Made by a program: the position numbers and the translations under genes | Part shown: positions 48,031-57,686 of the stretch, one piece after another | Layout: every line of letters starts with the position of its first letter | Numbering within the stretch: position 1 is the first letter of the stretch | Source of the DNA: an uncultured bacterium | Lineage (GTDB): Bacteria; Krumholzibacteriota; Krumholzibacteriia; Krumholzibacteriales; Krumholzibacteriaceae | DNA: 64,000 nucleotides | Reading direction: 5' to 3' | Assembly (NCBI GenBank): GCA_963786935.1 | Contig: CAWBAN010000001.1 | Coordinates: 1,440,001 to 1,504,000 of the forward strand | Notes under the pieces: model-generated | Seen by the model: only the letters and a program-made list of their open reading frames with translations | What the model was told of the DNA's origin: nothing | The model's database searches: none

Positions 48031-49251
48031 TCAAACCTCCTGGAGGGCCGTAACCGGGTCGAGACGGGCGGCGCGCCGGGCCGGAAAGAAGCTCGCGGCG
48101 AGCAGAATGACGATGCCGATTCCGAAGGCCCAGAGCAAGAGGATCGGCATCGGAAGCACCGGCACTCCAGCGATACGGGGCCCGAGGATGACGGCCGCAA
48201 CCGTCCCGATGATGTACCCGACCAATCCTCCGGCGAGCCCGAGCAACAGCGCCTTCAAGAGAAACATGCGCAGCACGACCGCGGACCCGGCGCCCAACGC
48301 CATCAGGGTGCCGATTTCCCGCCGCCGTTCGTACACGTTCGCGTACATGTAGTTCGCGATGCTCGCTCCCCCGACGAGAACGATGATGACAATGAATAGC
48401 AGCGAGAGCCTCGACATCATTCGGTTCGTCTTGATCTGAGTATCCACGATCTGGGAAATGGTGACGACCTTGGCGTCAGGAAGCAGCTTGTTGATCTTCT
48501 GCACGAGCCCGCCCGAGATCGCATTACAGCATCCCACGACTTCAATGGCGTTGAGCACCGAATCCCGCCCCGCGAGCCGCTGCACGGTGTGCAGATGCGC
48601 GAAGCCGCGCGAATCGTCGATCGTGCCCGTCTGGGGCAGAACGGCGATAACGGCGAACGACGTGCCGAGGATCGACACGCTGTCTCCCTCGGCGACATTC
48701 AACGAGGCTGCCATATCCGCGCCGACGAGAATTTCCGCCACGCCGATCGTTTCGATGACACGCTTGCGCGAAAGGGTCTCCTTGGCGGGTTCGGCGTCCT
48801 GCCCCGGAACCGCGACCACCGTCCCGCATCCTTCGGGGCGGGCGAAGATCCCCGCCCCCTGCCACGCAACTTTCGCCGGAAATTCGTTCTTGGGCAATAT
48901 CCCCGTCAGCGTAAACCGCTTCCCGCGGATATCGACGGGCATGGAGAGCTTGGGAGAAAGATTATCGAGCCCCTGCAGGTCCGAGTTCGTGAGCCGGGAG
49001 ACGTACTCCTCGGAAAACACTTCCTGCTGCAGATCGGCACTGTAGTAATCCTGGAGCGACGCTGACTTCGGGAGGATGAGTATATTGGCGCCGAGAGCGT
49101 CCAGCTCGCGGGCCACCGCTTTTTCCGAGTAATAGGTGATATTCTTGATCGATACGATCACGCTGATGCCGAGAAAAATTGCCAGGAAGCTCGTTCCGAG
49201 TTGGTTCTTCCGCTCGAAGATCTCCCGCCAGACCAATGTTCTCAGTTTCAT
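48031..49251 (-). CDS. ABC transporter permease (MacB/FtsX type)
   Basis: One TM, periplasmic domain, ERRREIGTLMALGA, three TM, PARRAARLDP; Cys motifs EGCG and VGCC. Confidence 0.92.
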   Translation of the reverse strand: MKLRTLVWREIFERKNQLGTSFLAIFLGISVIVSIKNITYYSEKAVARELDALGANILILPKSASLQDYYSADLQQEVFSEEYVSRLTNSDLQGLDNLSPKLSMPVDIRGKRFTLTGILPKNEFPAKVAWQGAGIFARPEGCGTVVAVPGQDAEPAKETLSRKRVIETIGVAEILVGADMAASLNVAEGDSVSILGTSFAVIAVLPQTGTIDDSRGFAHLHTVQRLAGRDSVLNAIEVVGCCNAISGGLVQKINKLLPDAKVVTISQIVDTQIKTNRMMSRLSLLFIVIIVLVGGASIANYMYANVYERRREIGTLMALGAGSAVVLRMFLLKALLLGLAGGLVGYIIGTVAAVILGPRIAGVPVLPMPILLLWAFGIGIVILLAASFFPARRAARLDPVTALQEV

Positions 49252-49263
49252 ATATTGAGGCTC

Positions 49264-50121
49264 CTATTTCTTGACCGGTCCGCACCCGGTCGGTCCGCAT
49301 CCCTTCGGCCCGCATCCCCCCGACGCAGACGCGGCGAGCATCTTCAGAATCGACTCCTTCGTGGTCGGTCCGCTCGTCACGCCGAGAACCATATTGGGCG
49401 GTACGAGAATCGCCGTCGCCGCATCTTTGGCATTCGGATCAATCTTGAGCTGCGTGAGGAAGCCCTTTTCCGCCTTGTCGGCTGGATCGATCTCCACAAT
49501 CGCCGTATAAGACGCATAGCGCGCATCGGCCTTGAATGCATCGACGCCCTGCATGGCCTCCTTATTGAATTGCGTCTTCTTGCCCTGACTGCAGATGAAG
49601 ACGATCTTTCGCTCCTGCAGCGCCTTCAAGCACTCCTGCATCCCGCGGCTCGCGATCGCGCCCTTCAATTTCTCCTCGGTGATATCCGCGGTCCGGAAAC
49701 CGCCGGTGACGGTGCCGTTCGGAGCAAAGGCCAGAGCAATGGGCATCGGGGTCGTTCGCATGTTGTACTTCTGCACGATTCCTGCTTCGCTCGCATTCGC
49801 GATATCGACGGCCATCCATTCGGCGGATCGACCTATTCCATGCACGGTTTGCTCGAGCGTTTTCCTCGCGAGGCGTGTCGGCTCGTCGTCCTTGCTGAAG
49901 AATAATACAAAGAGATGTCTGTTGCCGCTTGCCGCGCGCCGCATCGCCTCGGCCGAGGCGCTCGAGCCCGGACTCCGGGCCGCCTGCTCCCCCGGCGGCT
50001 TGGCTTCATTCACCGTGGCCGGCGCCGAAATCTTCTTTTCCCCACCCTCCGAGCCCGTACACCCGGCGACCACCGCGGCCGCAAGCAGGACACCGAACAT
50101 GATCAACGTTCTTATCCGCAT
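49264..50121 (-). CDS. Lipoprotein with thioredoxin-like folds and Cys-rich tail
   Basis: Lipobox VVAGC; tail GGCGPKGCGPTGCGPVKK. Confidence 0.7.
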   Translation of the reverse strand: MRIRTLIMFGVLLAAAVVAGCTGSEGGEKKISAPATVNEAKPPGEQAARSPGSSASAEAMRRAASGNRHLFVLFFSKDDEPTRLARKTLEQTVHGIGRSAEWMAVDIANASEAGIVQKYNMRTTPMPIALAFAPNGTVTGGFRTADITEEKLKGAIASRGMQECLKALQERKIVFICSQGKKTQFNKEAMQGVDAFKADARYASYTAIVEIDPADKAEKGFLTQLKIDPNAKDAATAILVPPNMVLGVTSGPTTKESILKMLAASASGGCGPKGCGPTGCGPVKK

Positions 50122-50156
50122 GATGCTTCGCTCCCTGCATTCTCCAGCAACCGTCG

Positions 50157-50204
50157 ATAATTCGATATATGGCGAATTATAAAATAGATGGGCGCCGCGC
50201 GCAA
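50157..50204 (-). promoter_or_regulatory. Sigma70 promoter overlapped by an inverted repeat (candidate ArsR operator)
   Basis: TTGCGC (50204-50199), 17 nt, TATAAT (50181-50176); ATAATTCG-N8-CGAATTAT at 50157-50180. Confidence 0.65.
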
Positions 50205-50235
50205 GCCCAAAGAACGCCAGACGATTGAAGAGGCA

Positions 50236-51672
50236 TCACCAGGCGCCGGTCTCGAGGTACTGGTTGATCGCCCGCGCGGCTTTCCGTCCCTGGCCCATCG
50301 CGAGAATCACCGTGGCGGCGCCGAGCACGATGTCGCCCCCCGCGAAGACGCCCTTCTTGCTCGTCTTGAGCGTTTCCTCGGCGGCGACGATGTTGCCCCA
50401 TTTGTTCACCGCGAGGTCGGGCGTCGTCGTCGGGACGAGCGGATTCGAGGCGTTGCCGATCGCGACGATGACGACGTCCACGGGGGTCCGGAACTCGCTC
50501 CCCTTGACGGCGACCGGGCGGCGGCGTCCCGACTCGTCCGGTTCGCCGAGCTCCATCTTGAGGCACTCGATCTCCTTCACCCAGCCGTTCTGGTCGCCGA
50601 TGATTCCCACCGGGTTCTGGAGGAGCATCATCTTGACCCCCTCCTCCTCGGCGTGCTCGACCTCTTCCACTCGGGCGGGCATCTCCTTCTTGGAGCGGCG
50701 GTAGACGAGGTACACGTTCTCCGCGCCGAGCCGCAGCGCCGTGCGGGCCGAGTCCATCGCGACGTTCCCGCCGCCGAAGACGGCGACGTTCTTCGCGCGC
50801 GCGATCGGCGTGTCGGTGTTCGGGAATGAGTAGGCCTGCATGAGGTTCGCGCGCGTGAGGTACTCGTTCGCCGAGTAGACGCCGTTCAGGTTCTCGCCGG
50901 GAATGTGCATGAAGAGCGGCAGCCCCGCGCCCGTCGCGACGAACACGGCGTCGAAGCCCTCGTCGAAGAGCTCGTCGATCGTGGAGAGCTTGCCGACGAC
51001 GTAGTTCGTGCGGAGCGTGACGCCCATCTTCTGGAGATTCTTGACCTCGCGCATGACGATGCGCTTCGGAAGCCGGAACTCGGGGATCCCGTAGATGAGC
51101 ACGCCCCCCGGCTTGTGGAGCGCCTCGAAGATCGTCACGTCGTGCCCCTCGCGCCGCGTGTCGGCGGCGACGGTGAGCCCCGCGGGACCCGAGCCGACCA
51201 CGGCGACGCGCTTCCCGGTCGAGGCCTTGATGACCGGCACCTCGGCCTCCCCCTGCTCCATCTCCCAATCGGCGGCGAAGCGCTCGAGTTTGCCGATCTG
51301 AACGGCTTTCGCGACGTCCTTGTTGCTCTTCCCCACGACGCACGTCTTCTGGCACTGCTCCTCCTGCGGACAGACGCGGCCGCACACGGCGGGGAGAATG
51401 TTCGTCAGCTTGATCGTATTGATCGATTCGCGGTTGTTGCCCTCGAGGATCGCGTTGATGAAAGCGGGGATGTTGATTTCGACCGGGCATCCCTTGACGC
51501 ACGGGGCGTTCTTACACTGGAGGCAGCGCTGCGCTTCCGTCTGCGCCATGTCGGCGGAGTAGCCGAGCGGCACCTCGTTCACGTTGTGGATGCGCTCGTG
51601 GGCGTCCTGCTGCGGCATGACGACCGGCGGGATCTGAAGCTTCTCTTTCGTCGTGAGCTTTTTCGCTTCCAT
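50236..51672 (-). CDS. nfnB: NfnB/SudA-type (GltD-like) flavoprotein, large subunit of electron-bifurcating transhydrogenase
   Basis: RCLQCKNAPCVKGCP, CGRVCPQEEQC, GSGPAG, YGIPEFRL, GGGNVAMD, GGDIV; paired with nfnA. Confidence 0.85.
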   Translation of the reverse strand: MEAKKLTTKEKLQIPPVVMPQQDAHERIHNVNEVPLGYSADMAQTEAQRCLQCKNAPCVKGCPVEINIPAFINAILEGNNRESINTIKLTNILPAVCGRVCPQEEQCQKTCVVGKSNKDVAKAVQIGKLERFAADWEMEQGEAEVPVIKASTGKRVAVVGSGPAGLTVAADTRREGHDVTIFEALHKPGGVLIYGIPEFRLPKRIVMREVKNLQKMGVTLRTNYVVGKLSTIDELFDEGFDAVFVATGAGLPLFMHIPGENLNGVYSANEYLTRANLMQAYSFPNTDTPIARAKNVAVFGGGNVAMDSARTALRLGAENVYLVYRRSKKEMPARVEEVEHAEEEGVKMMLLQNPVGIIGDQNGWVKEIECLKMELGEPDESGRRRPVAVKGSEFRTPVDVVIVAIGNASNPLVPTTTPDLAVNKWGNIVAAEETLKTSKKGVFAGGDIVLGAATVILAMGQGRKAARAINQYLETGAW

Positions 51673-51705
51673 CGTCTCACGCGGCCCGAAGGGGCCGCTG
51701 CCTCC

Positions 51706-52545
51706 TTACTTGTACTGGCAGTCGTGCTTCTCGTGCATCTCCCTCGATAGCTTCTCGTCCGATTCGTACGCCCTGAGGCGCTTGAGCATCTCGTCGAAAT
51801 CGACCTTGTGCCCGTCGAACTCCGGTCCGTCGACGCAGACGAACTTCGTCGCGTCGCCGACCGTGACGCGGCATGCGCCGCACATCCCCGTGCCGTCCAC
51901 CATGATCGTGTTGAGGCTCACGAGGGTCGAGATGTCGTGCTTCTTCGTGAGCAGGCTCACGAACTTCATCATGATGGGCGGCCCGATCGCGACGACGAGG
52001 TTGATGGCCACTCCCTCGTCGATGAGCTTCTGGATCGCGTCGGTGACGAGACCTTTCATGCCGTAGGATCCGTCGTCGGTCGTGATGATGACGCGATCGC
52101 TCGTCCTGCGCATCTTCTCTTCCATGATGACGAGGTCCTTCGTGCGGCCGCCGAGGATCGTGATGACCTGATTCCCCGCCTTCTTCATCGCCTGCGCGAT
52201 CGGGTGCGACGGCGCGATGCCGATCCCGCCGCCGACGATCACGACCGTGCCGAAGAGCTCGATGTGCGTCGGCTTCCCGAGGGGTCCCGCGAGATCGCAG
52301 ATCTCCTGGCCCGGCTCGAGCGTCGAGAGCTGCTTCGTCGTCTTCCCGACGACCTGCACGACGAGCTCGATCCATCCCTCGTCGGCGTTCCCGTCCGCGA
52401 TCGTGAGCGGAATGCGCTCGCCGGCGTCGCAGGTGCGGAGAATGATGAACTGCCCCGCCTTTCGCTTCTTCGCGATCTCGGGGGCCTCGACCTTCATGCG
52501 AAAAACGAACGGCGTGATGAATTCCTTCTCGAGAATCTTGTTCAT
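51706..52545 (-). CDS. nfnA: NfnA/SudB-type FAD/NAD-binding 2Fe-2S subunit
   Basis: AGQFIIL, ERIPLT, GPLG, GGGIG, DGTGMCGACRV...CVDGPEF. Confidence 0.88.
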   Translation of the reverse strand: MNKILEKEFITPFVFRMKVEAPEIAKKRKAGQFIILRTCDAGERIPLTIADGNADEGWIELVVQVVGKTTKQLSTLEPGQEICDLAGPLGKPTHIELFGTVVIVGGGIGIAPSHPIAQAMKKAGNQVITILGGRTKDLVIMEEKMRRTSDRVIITTDDGSYGMKGLVTDAIQKLIDEGVAINLVVAIGPPIMMKFVSLLTKKHDISTLVSLNTIMVDGTGMCGACRVTVGDATKFVCVDGPEFDGHKVDFDEMLKRLRAYESDEKLSREMHEKHDCQYK

Positions 52546-52725
52546 ATCACCCTGCTTCTTACGCTGGAGCCCGCTGAGGAAAATATCTACTTTGTTAGCC
52601 CCTTCGGCGAAAGGGCTTCTCTTCGGACGGGAACGTTCAGATATTCCAAAAAAACGTTCTCTTTATGTAGCAGAGAAACGAGGCATGAATCAAGGAAATT
52701 CTCCGGCCGAACGCGGGCGCGGAAT

Positions 52726-53409
52726 CTATCCGCCCGACCGCAGGACGACCTTCCGCCTGAGATGGTCGCCCTTCCGGAACTCTATTGATTCCAGCAAGAT
52801 AGTCCCATATCCCGGAGCGCCGACCTCGACGTTCCACCGTCCCGGCGGAATGAGCGTCTTCACGAAGATGCCCTCTCGATTCGAACGCACGGATCGGAGC
52901 GTATCGCTCGCGTTCGCCGAGGATCGGAAGGTGAGCTGGGCGCGGCTCACGGGCGCGCCGGCTTCGTCATAAATCTCGCCGGTGAGAATTCCCTTTTCGG
53001 CGAATGTCGAATCGTCGCTCCCCACGATCTTGATCCTGAGCGGAAGATCGATCTCGAAGGGGCCCGCGAGCCCCTCGATGTTCCATTGCCCGATGCTCTT
53101 GATGAGCGCGAGCGCGAAGTCGTCGTTCCGCGTCTCGTTCCGCACGATATCCGCGGAGATCAAGCGGCCGCCCTCCCAGCGCGTGTGAAGCTGGATCATC
53201 CCGTTGAGCCGGTGATCGAGATGATGGAAACGCATCGACACGTCATGAACGTCGTCGAAGTTGCTCCGCAGATGAGCGAAGAGCATCGCGGTGTAGAGTG
53301 AATCGTTTCCCGACAACATCGAGGCGGGCTCCTGAGCTCCCGCGGCGCCGCACACGAAAAGCGCGACGGACGTCATTGCAGCGAAAAGCGCAATCGCTCG
53401 AAGCCTCAT
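52726..53409 (-). CDS. Secreted protein with TonB-C-like region and carboxypeptidase-regulatory-like beta domain
   Basis: Signal peptide; GEIYDEAGAPV...SNREGIF...PPGRWNVEVGAPGY. Confidence 0.55.
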   Translation of the reverse strand: MRLRAIALFAAMTSVALFVCGAAGAQEPASMLSGNDSLYTAMLFAHLRSNFDDVHDVSMRFHHLDHRLNGMIQLHTRWEGGRLISADIVRNETRNDDFALALIKSIGQWNIEGLAGPFEIDLPLRIKIVGSDDSTFAEKGILTGEIYDEAGAPVSRAQLTFRSSANASDTLRSVRSNREGIFVKTLIPPGRWNVEVGAPGYGTILLESIEFRKGDHLRRKVVLRSGG

Positions 53410-53413
53410 CTTC

Positions 53414-53758
53414 CTATTCCTTTCTCCGCGAGACCGAACCGCGCGACCGTGATTCCCATTGAAAGCGCCGCAGGTCGATCTTCCCGTCCGCGTCGAACTC
53501 GACGCCTTCGATCTCGAGCCTGATGCGCTGCTCCACGTCCCCTTCGGGTATCACCGTGCCGAGGCTGAGCCGCCCGCGAGCGTTGACGACGCGGTGCCAG
53601 GGCACGGCCGTGCCCTCCCGCAACGCATAGAGCGCGTAGCCGACCTGGCGGGCGTGCCCCGGAAATCCCGCGAGATCCGCGATCTGGCCGTAGGTCGCGA
53701 CGCGGCCTTTTGGGATTCGACGGATAACCGAGTAGATGCGTTCGTACCGGCCGCTCAT
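53414..53758 (-). CDS. Alkyltransferase-like protein (YbaZ/ATL, MGMT family)
   Basis: IPKGRVATYGQIA, ARQVG, PWHRVVN with Trp in place of the catalytic Cys. Confidence 0.9.
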   Translation of the reverse strand: MSGRYERIYSVIRRIPKGRVATYGQIADLAGFPGHARQVGYALYALREGTAVPWHRVVNARGRLSLGTVIPEGDVEQRIRLEIEGVEFDADGKIDLRRFQWESRSRGSVSRRKE

Positions 53759-53790
53759 TGCTTGATCGTCTGCCGCTTCGAGCGGGACAT

Positions 53791-53928
53791 CTCGTCCGCG
53801 TGCCCGTCGGCGATCGCGAGCGGAATGCGCCCGCCCGCGTCGCAGGTGCGGAGAATGATGAACTGCCCCGCCTTTCGTTTCTTCGCGATCTCGGGAGCTT
53901 CAACCTTCATACGGAATACGAACGGCGT
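53791..53928 (-). pseudogene. Diverged duplicate fragment of nfnA 5' region
   Basis: 138 nt matching 52378-52515 with 13 differences; 43/46 aa identical; lacks the native start and the rest of the gene. Confidence 0.85.
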
Positions 53929-54186
53929 AGAGAGAGCGAGAATCTCTTCAGAAAAATCCAATTCAGATATTTCAGAAGACGTCCCTCACCTGTAGCAAAT
54001 ATAAGGTCCTGAAATCAAGGGAATCTTCTGGCCTCCCGGGGCCCGGAAATGGACATATCCTGAGACGGCCCTCGGCGGGAAGCCGGCGCGCCCGCTTGGC
54101 AGCCATGCCCAATTTATGCGAAGATTCAGTGTCAGGATTTCGAGCGCCGAACCGTCACCCCTGTGAGAGACGAAAGCGGAGGTCCG

Positions 54187-54714
54187 GTGGAAATCAAAAG
54201 GGACGCAGACCTCGTAGCGGCTTGTCTGCGGGGAGAGAACGACGCCTACGCCGAGCTCGGGAAGACGTATGCAAGGCGGCTCTATGCGATCTGTCTCGAC
54301 ATCGCATGGAACTCGGAAGATGCGGAAGACCTCGTGCAGGAGACGCTCATGAAAGGGTTTACGGAATTGCCTTCTTTGAAGGATCACTCGCGATTCGGCC
54401 CATGGATCGCGGCGATCGCGACCAACCTGTCCCGGGATCTCCTCCGCAAGCGAATGAACGAGAAAGGACCCGTTGCGGCCGCCCCGGATCTCCCGGACGG
54501 GAATCCGGAGAGACTCATGGATCTCAGGCGAGCGCTTCGCGAGCTGCCCGAGGTACACCGGACTCCACTTCTCCTCTTCTACTTTGACGGTCACAGCGCG
54601 GAGAGCGTGGGCGCCGTGCTCGGCATTACGCCCGGGGCCGTCCATCAGAGACTCTGCCGCGCGCGCAGGGAGCTGCGAAGGTTGCTCGAGAGCAAAGAGG
54701 TGCACAATGAATAA
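54187..54714 (+). CDS. ECF RNA polymerase sigma factor (paralog of 33531-34055)
   Basis: DAEDLVQETL, FGPWIAAIATN, LPEVHRTPLLL, RLCRAR; GGAGG RBS. Confidence 0.9.
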   Translation: MEIKRDADLVAACLRGENDAYAELGKTYARRLYAICLDIAWNSEDAEDLVQETLMKGFTELPSLKDHSRFGPWIAAIATNLSRDLLRKRMNEKGPVAAAPDLPDGNPERLMDLRRALRELPEVHRTPLLLFYFDGHSAESVGAVLGITPGAVHQRLCRARRELRRLLESKEVHNE

Positions 54715-56278
54715 CTCGTGCGATGAAATGAGACTCGTGATTGAAGCCTCGGTCGGTGGACCGCTCGAGCCCGATGAGCGAGAGAATCTGAAGCGGCACC
54801 TCGCCGAGTGCCCGTCGTGCCGGGCCTATCGCGAGGCGCTCCTCGCCGACGATTCGCTTCTCGACGAATACGCTTTCTGCCACGCCGATTCATTCCGGCG
54901 CGTCGAAGACAAGGCAGCGTGTGCCCGGCCCGCCGGAGCCAGCAAGGCGTCCCGCCTCGCGCTCGTTCGAAGGCTCTCCCGCGTGCCGAGAGCGGCGCGA
55001 ATTGCTTTAGCTGCGGCCACGGCGATCGCAGTGATCCTCGCCGCCGATTTCCTTCGAGGCACGTACTTCGGCCCGATACCGGCCTTCGCGGCAGTGCTCG
55101 AAAACGCGATGAAGGCCGAGAACGTCACGTTTCGAGTGCGCCATTGGATTGATGGAGAATGGAGGACGGAGGAGCGGTTCCACGACCGCTCGGGAACGTC
55201 ACGCATCGATTATGGCGACAGCATTCTCGTGGATCGGAGAAACGGTCCATGGAGCCTCGCGCTCTATCCGGCCAAGAAACTGGCCATCGTGCGGCAATCC
55301 ACGTTCCACGCTTGGATAAACTCAGGCCGGGACAAGGACGGCGCAATAGAACAAATCGCTACCTGGCACAAGAAGCACAGCTTCACCTTTGTCCGCCGCG
55401 AACGCCATGAAGGCAAGAACATCGCCATCTTCGAGTGCACCTTTGATAGTGAGTTCGAAAAGAGCAAGGCGGCCGAGTCACCCCAAATGCAAAAGCTACG
55501 TCGCGAGCTCGGATTGAAATTCGTTACATGGGTCGATCTGGACACCTCGTTGCCCGTACGTATCGAGTTCATCAATTCTTCTCCCCGCTACACCGCGGAA
55601 TCGGGCCCATGCGGCCTCCGACTCCGGGACTTCATGCCGCCGGCTGCGCAGCAAGGGAAGGCCACCGGCTGGGCCGAGCTCCCCTACGGCGAGCCGCATA
55701 CTATCTTGGACGAGTTTAGATGGAACGCACCTGTCGACTGGGACGACATTACGTGGAACGCAACTGTCGACACATCTCTCTTCGGCATGAACCCTCCGGC
55801 CGATTACACCATCCGACGGATTCAAGATTCGACGGTGACCGACAGGAAGACGTTCGGGACGTTCGTCCGGCATCGCCCTCCCGAGATGGTCCTGGAGATT
55901 CAAAAGGGCCTTGCCGAATGGGCTTCGCTCTTCGACAACACCCTTCCCGACAGCCTTCGCGATATGGCCGATGTCGACAGGATCAGGCCGCGGCTGATAG
56001 CCAGATACAACGGCGACGGCGTCCCGGGCGACGAATACCGAAGCGCCATTCATGCCGCGAAGCGGCTGGAGTATGTGGCGAGCCCTCGCTATAGAATAAC
56101 GAAGCCCCCGGAGACCCCAATAGATGCGAACTATATAACCTATATAGGCAAAGGGTGCGCGTTCGGCGATTCGACAAAGGCAATCTGCCGGGTTGGGTGG
56201 GGGGAGAAAGACAGTCCATACTGGATCATCTATGCCGACCTTCATCTCATGCGCTCCGATGCGCCACCGAAGAAATGA
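54707..56278 (+). CDS. Zinc-finger anti-sigma factor with large extracytoplasmic domain (paralog of 32020-33534)
   Basis: HLAECPSC, TM, GPIPAFA, WVDLDTSLPVRIE, PYWIIYADL. Confidence 0.75.
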   Translation: MNNSCDEMRLVIEASVGGPLEPDERENLKRHLAECPSCRAYREALLADDSLLDEYAFCHADSFRRVEDKAACARPAGASKASRLALVRRLSRVPRAARIALAAATAIAVILAADFLRGTYFGPIPAFAAVLENAMKAENVTFRVRHWIDGEWRTEERFHDRSGTSRIDYGDSILVDRRNGPWSLALYPAKKLAIVRQSTFHAWINSGRDKDGAIEQIATWHKKHSFTFVRRERHEGKNIAIFECTFDSEFEKSKAAESPQMQKLRRELGLKFVTWVDLDTSLPVRIEFINSSPRYTAESGPCGLRLRDFMPPAAQQGKATGWAELPYGEPHTILDEFRWNAPVDWDDITWNATVDTSLFGMNPPADYTIRRIQDSTVTDRKTFGTFVRHRPPEMVLEIQKGLAEWASLFDNTLPDSLRDMADVDRIRPRLIARYNGDGVPGDEYRSAIHAAKRLEYVASPRYRITKPPETPIDANYITYIGKGCAFGDSTKAICRVGWGEKDSPYWIIYADLHLMRSDAPPKK

Positions 56279-56314
56279 TCCGCCTCCTCGGTGCGCGGCA
56301 GCGCTCGCAGAGGC

Positions 56315-56665
56315 CTACTTTCGTCTGATGGTCTGCTTCCTCGCCTTGGTCATCTCGTCCGCGTGCCCCTGCACGCCGAGCCTGCGTATTTGTTCGATGC
56401 ACGCGGCGCGATCGGAGCGCAGGAGAAGACCGAAGAGCTTCGACATGAAGTTGTTGAAATCCTTGCACGAGCGCGGATCGGCGAAATCCGTGCAATCGGC
56501 GCAGGAGGCGTAGCCGCGCTCCCCGCAGCATGTGCGCACCTTGCACCATTTCGCCTTCACGTTCTCGCGGCAGCCGGGGCACCTGCCCCGCAGGTACGAG
56601 CCGCACGCGCCGCAGTAGAGCCCGCAGCGGGCGACGAGATTCACGTCAGAGACGACTTCGCGCAT
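56315..56665 (-). CDS. DUF3795-type Cys-rich protein
   Basis: CGLYCGAC...CPGC...CKVRTCC...CADC. Confidence 0.8.
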   Translation of the reverse strand: MREVVSDVNLVARCGLYCGACGSYLRGRCPGCRENVKAKWCKVRTCCGERGYASCADCTDFADPRSCKDFNNFMSKLFGLLLRSDRAACIEQIRRLGVQGHADEMTKARKQTIRRK

Positions 56666-56701
56666 GACAGTCTCCCTCTCGATGTTTCTTGAATGAAGAT
56701 T

Positions 56702-57664
56702 CTAGTCGGGCATCCCTTTCACCCGGCTGAGCCAGTGCATCACGTTCAAGAGCAGCTGATAATTCTGGCCGGCGTCGGGCGAGTTCATGCCTATCGGCAT
56801 TTGCTGCGACCCGGCCAGCTGCGCGCTGAACATCGCCGCCTCGCCGAATACCGCCAAACGTCCCTTGCCGATCTTCACGATCGCGCCTTGACACCACCCG
56901 TCGATCGGGACTTGGGGCGCGTCGGGGGTGATTCCCGGCGCCTCTTTTGTCTCATGCGAAACGGAGCCCGCGCCGAATATGAGAACCGGGATCGCGCCTT
57001 TCGGCGGCTTGAACGACGAGCCGGTGAATGTCGCCGCCTTCGTCACTTTTTCTTCGCCGGTCCGGCCGCGCGTGACGGGGCTCTCCGCAAGCCCGTTCGC
57101 GGAATCGAAGATGTCCGCGATTCGGCCTTCCACTCGATTTCCGACTCTCGCATAGCCGTTGCTGAACTCGAATCCGAACGCGCGGGCGAGTTCGGCGGCG
57201 GCTCCCGCGAACGGCATGTGATCGGCGATCAGGAAGAGCGACCCGCCCTTCTCGACCCATGCGTGAACGGCGGCGATCTCTTCCGGCGTGAACGCGGACG
57301 GCGTCGGGAGCGACCAATCATCCTCGTTTCGTTCGTTGAGGGCGTTCGAGATGACGAGGATATCGACACCCTTCAGCGAACCCGACGAAAACGCCTCGCC
57401 GAAGCCCTCCACCCGGTAGCCGTCGCGCCTGAGGAGCTTCGCGAACGGCTCGTAGCGCCCGTCGGCGGTATGGAAGTTATGGTGCGCCTCGTCGATCGCG
57501 ACGACGGGGCCTTTGCCCGATTCATACGCCGGCCGGGAAATGGACGGGTTGAAATTCGGGTCGGACACCTGCTGGGCCGACGCGACGCCCGCGGCCGCGA
57601 CCACGATCACGCCGCAAAAGAACGCGACCAGCTCAAAAGCCAGCTTTCGTTGCGTCTTCTTCAT
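56702..57664 (-). CDS. Secreted GATase1-like (DUF4350-like) protein
   Basis: Signal peptide; IDEAHHNFHT, WVEKGGSLFLIADHMPF, GKGRLAVFGE, NVMHWL. Confidence 0.7.
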   Translation of the reverse strand: MKKTQRKLAFELVAFFCGVIVVAAAGVASAQQVSDPNFNPSISRPAYESGKGPVVAIDEAHHNFHTADGRYEPFAKLLRRDGYRVEGFGEAFSSGSLKGVDILVISNALNERNEDDWSLPTPSAFTPEEIAAVHAWVEKGGSLFLIADHMPFAGAAAELARAFGFEFSNGYARVGNRVEGRIADIFDSANGLAESPVTRGRTGEEKVTKAATFTGSSFKPPKGAIPVLIFGAGSVSHETKEAPGITPDAPQVPIDGWCQGAIVKIGKGRLAVFGEAAMFSAQLAGSQQMPIGMNSPDAGQNYQLLLNVMHWLSRVKGMPD

Positions 57665-57686
57665 GCTCGAACCGCCCCGCCTTTCG

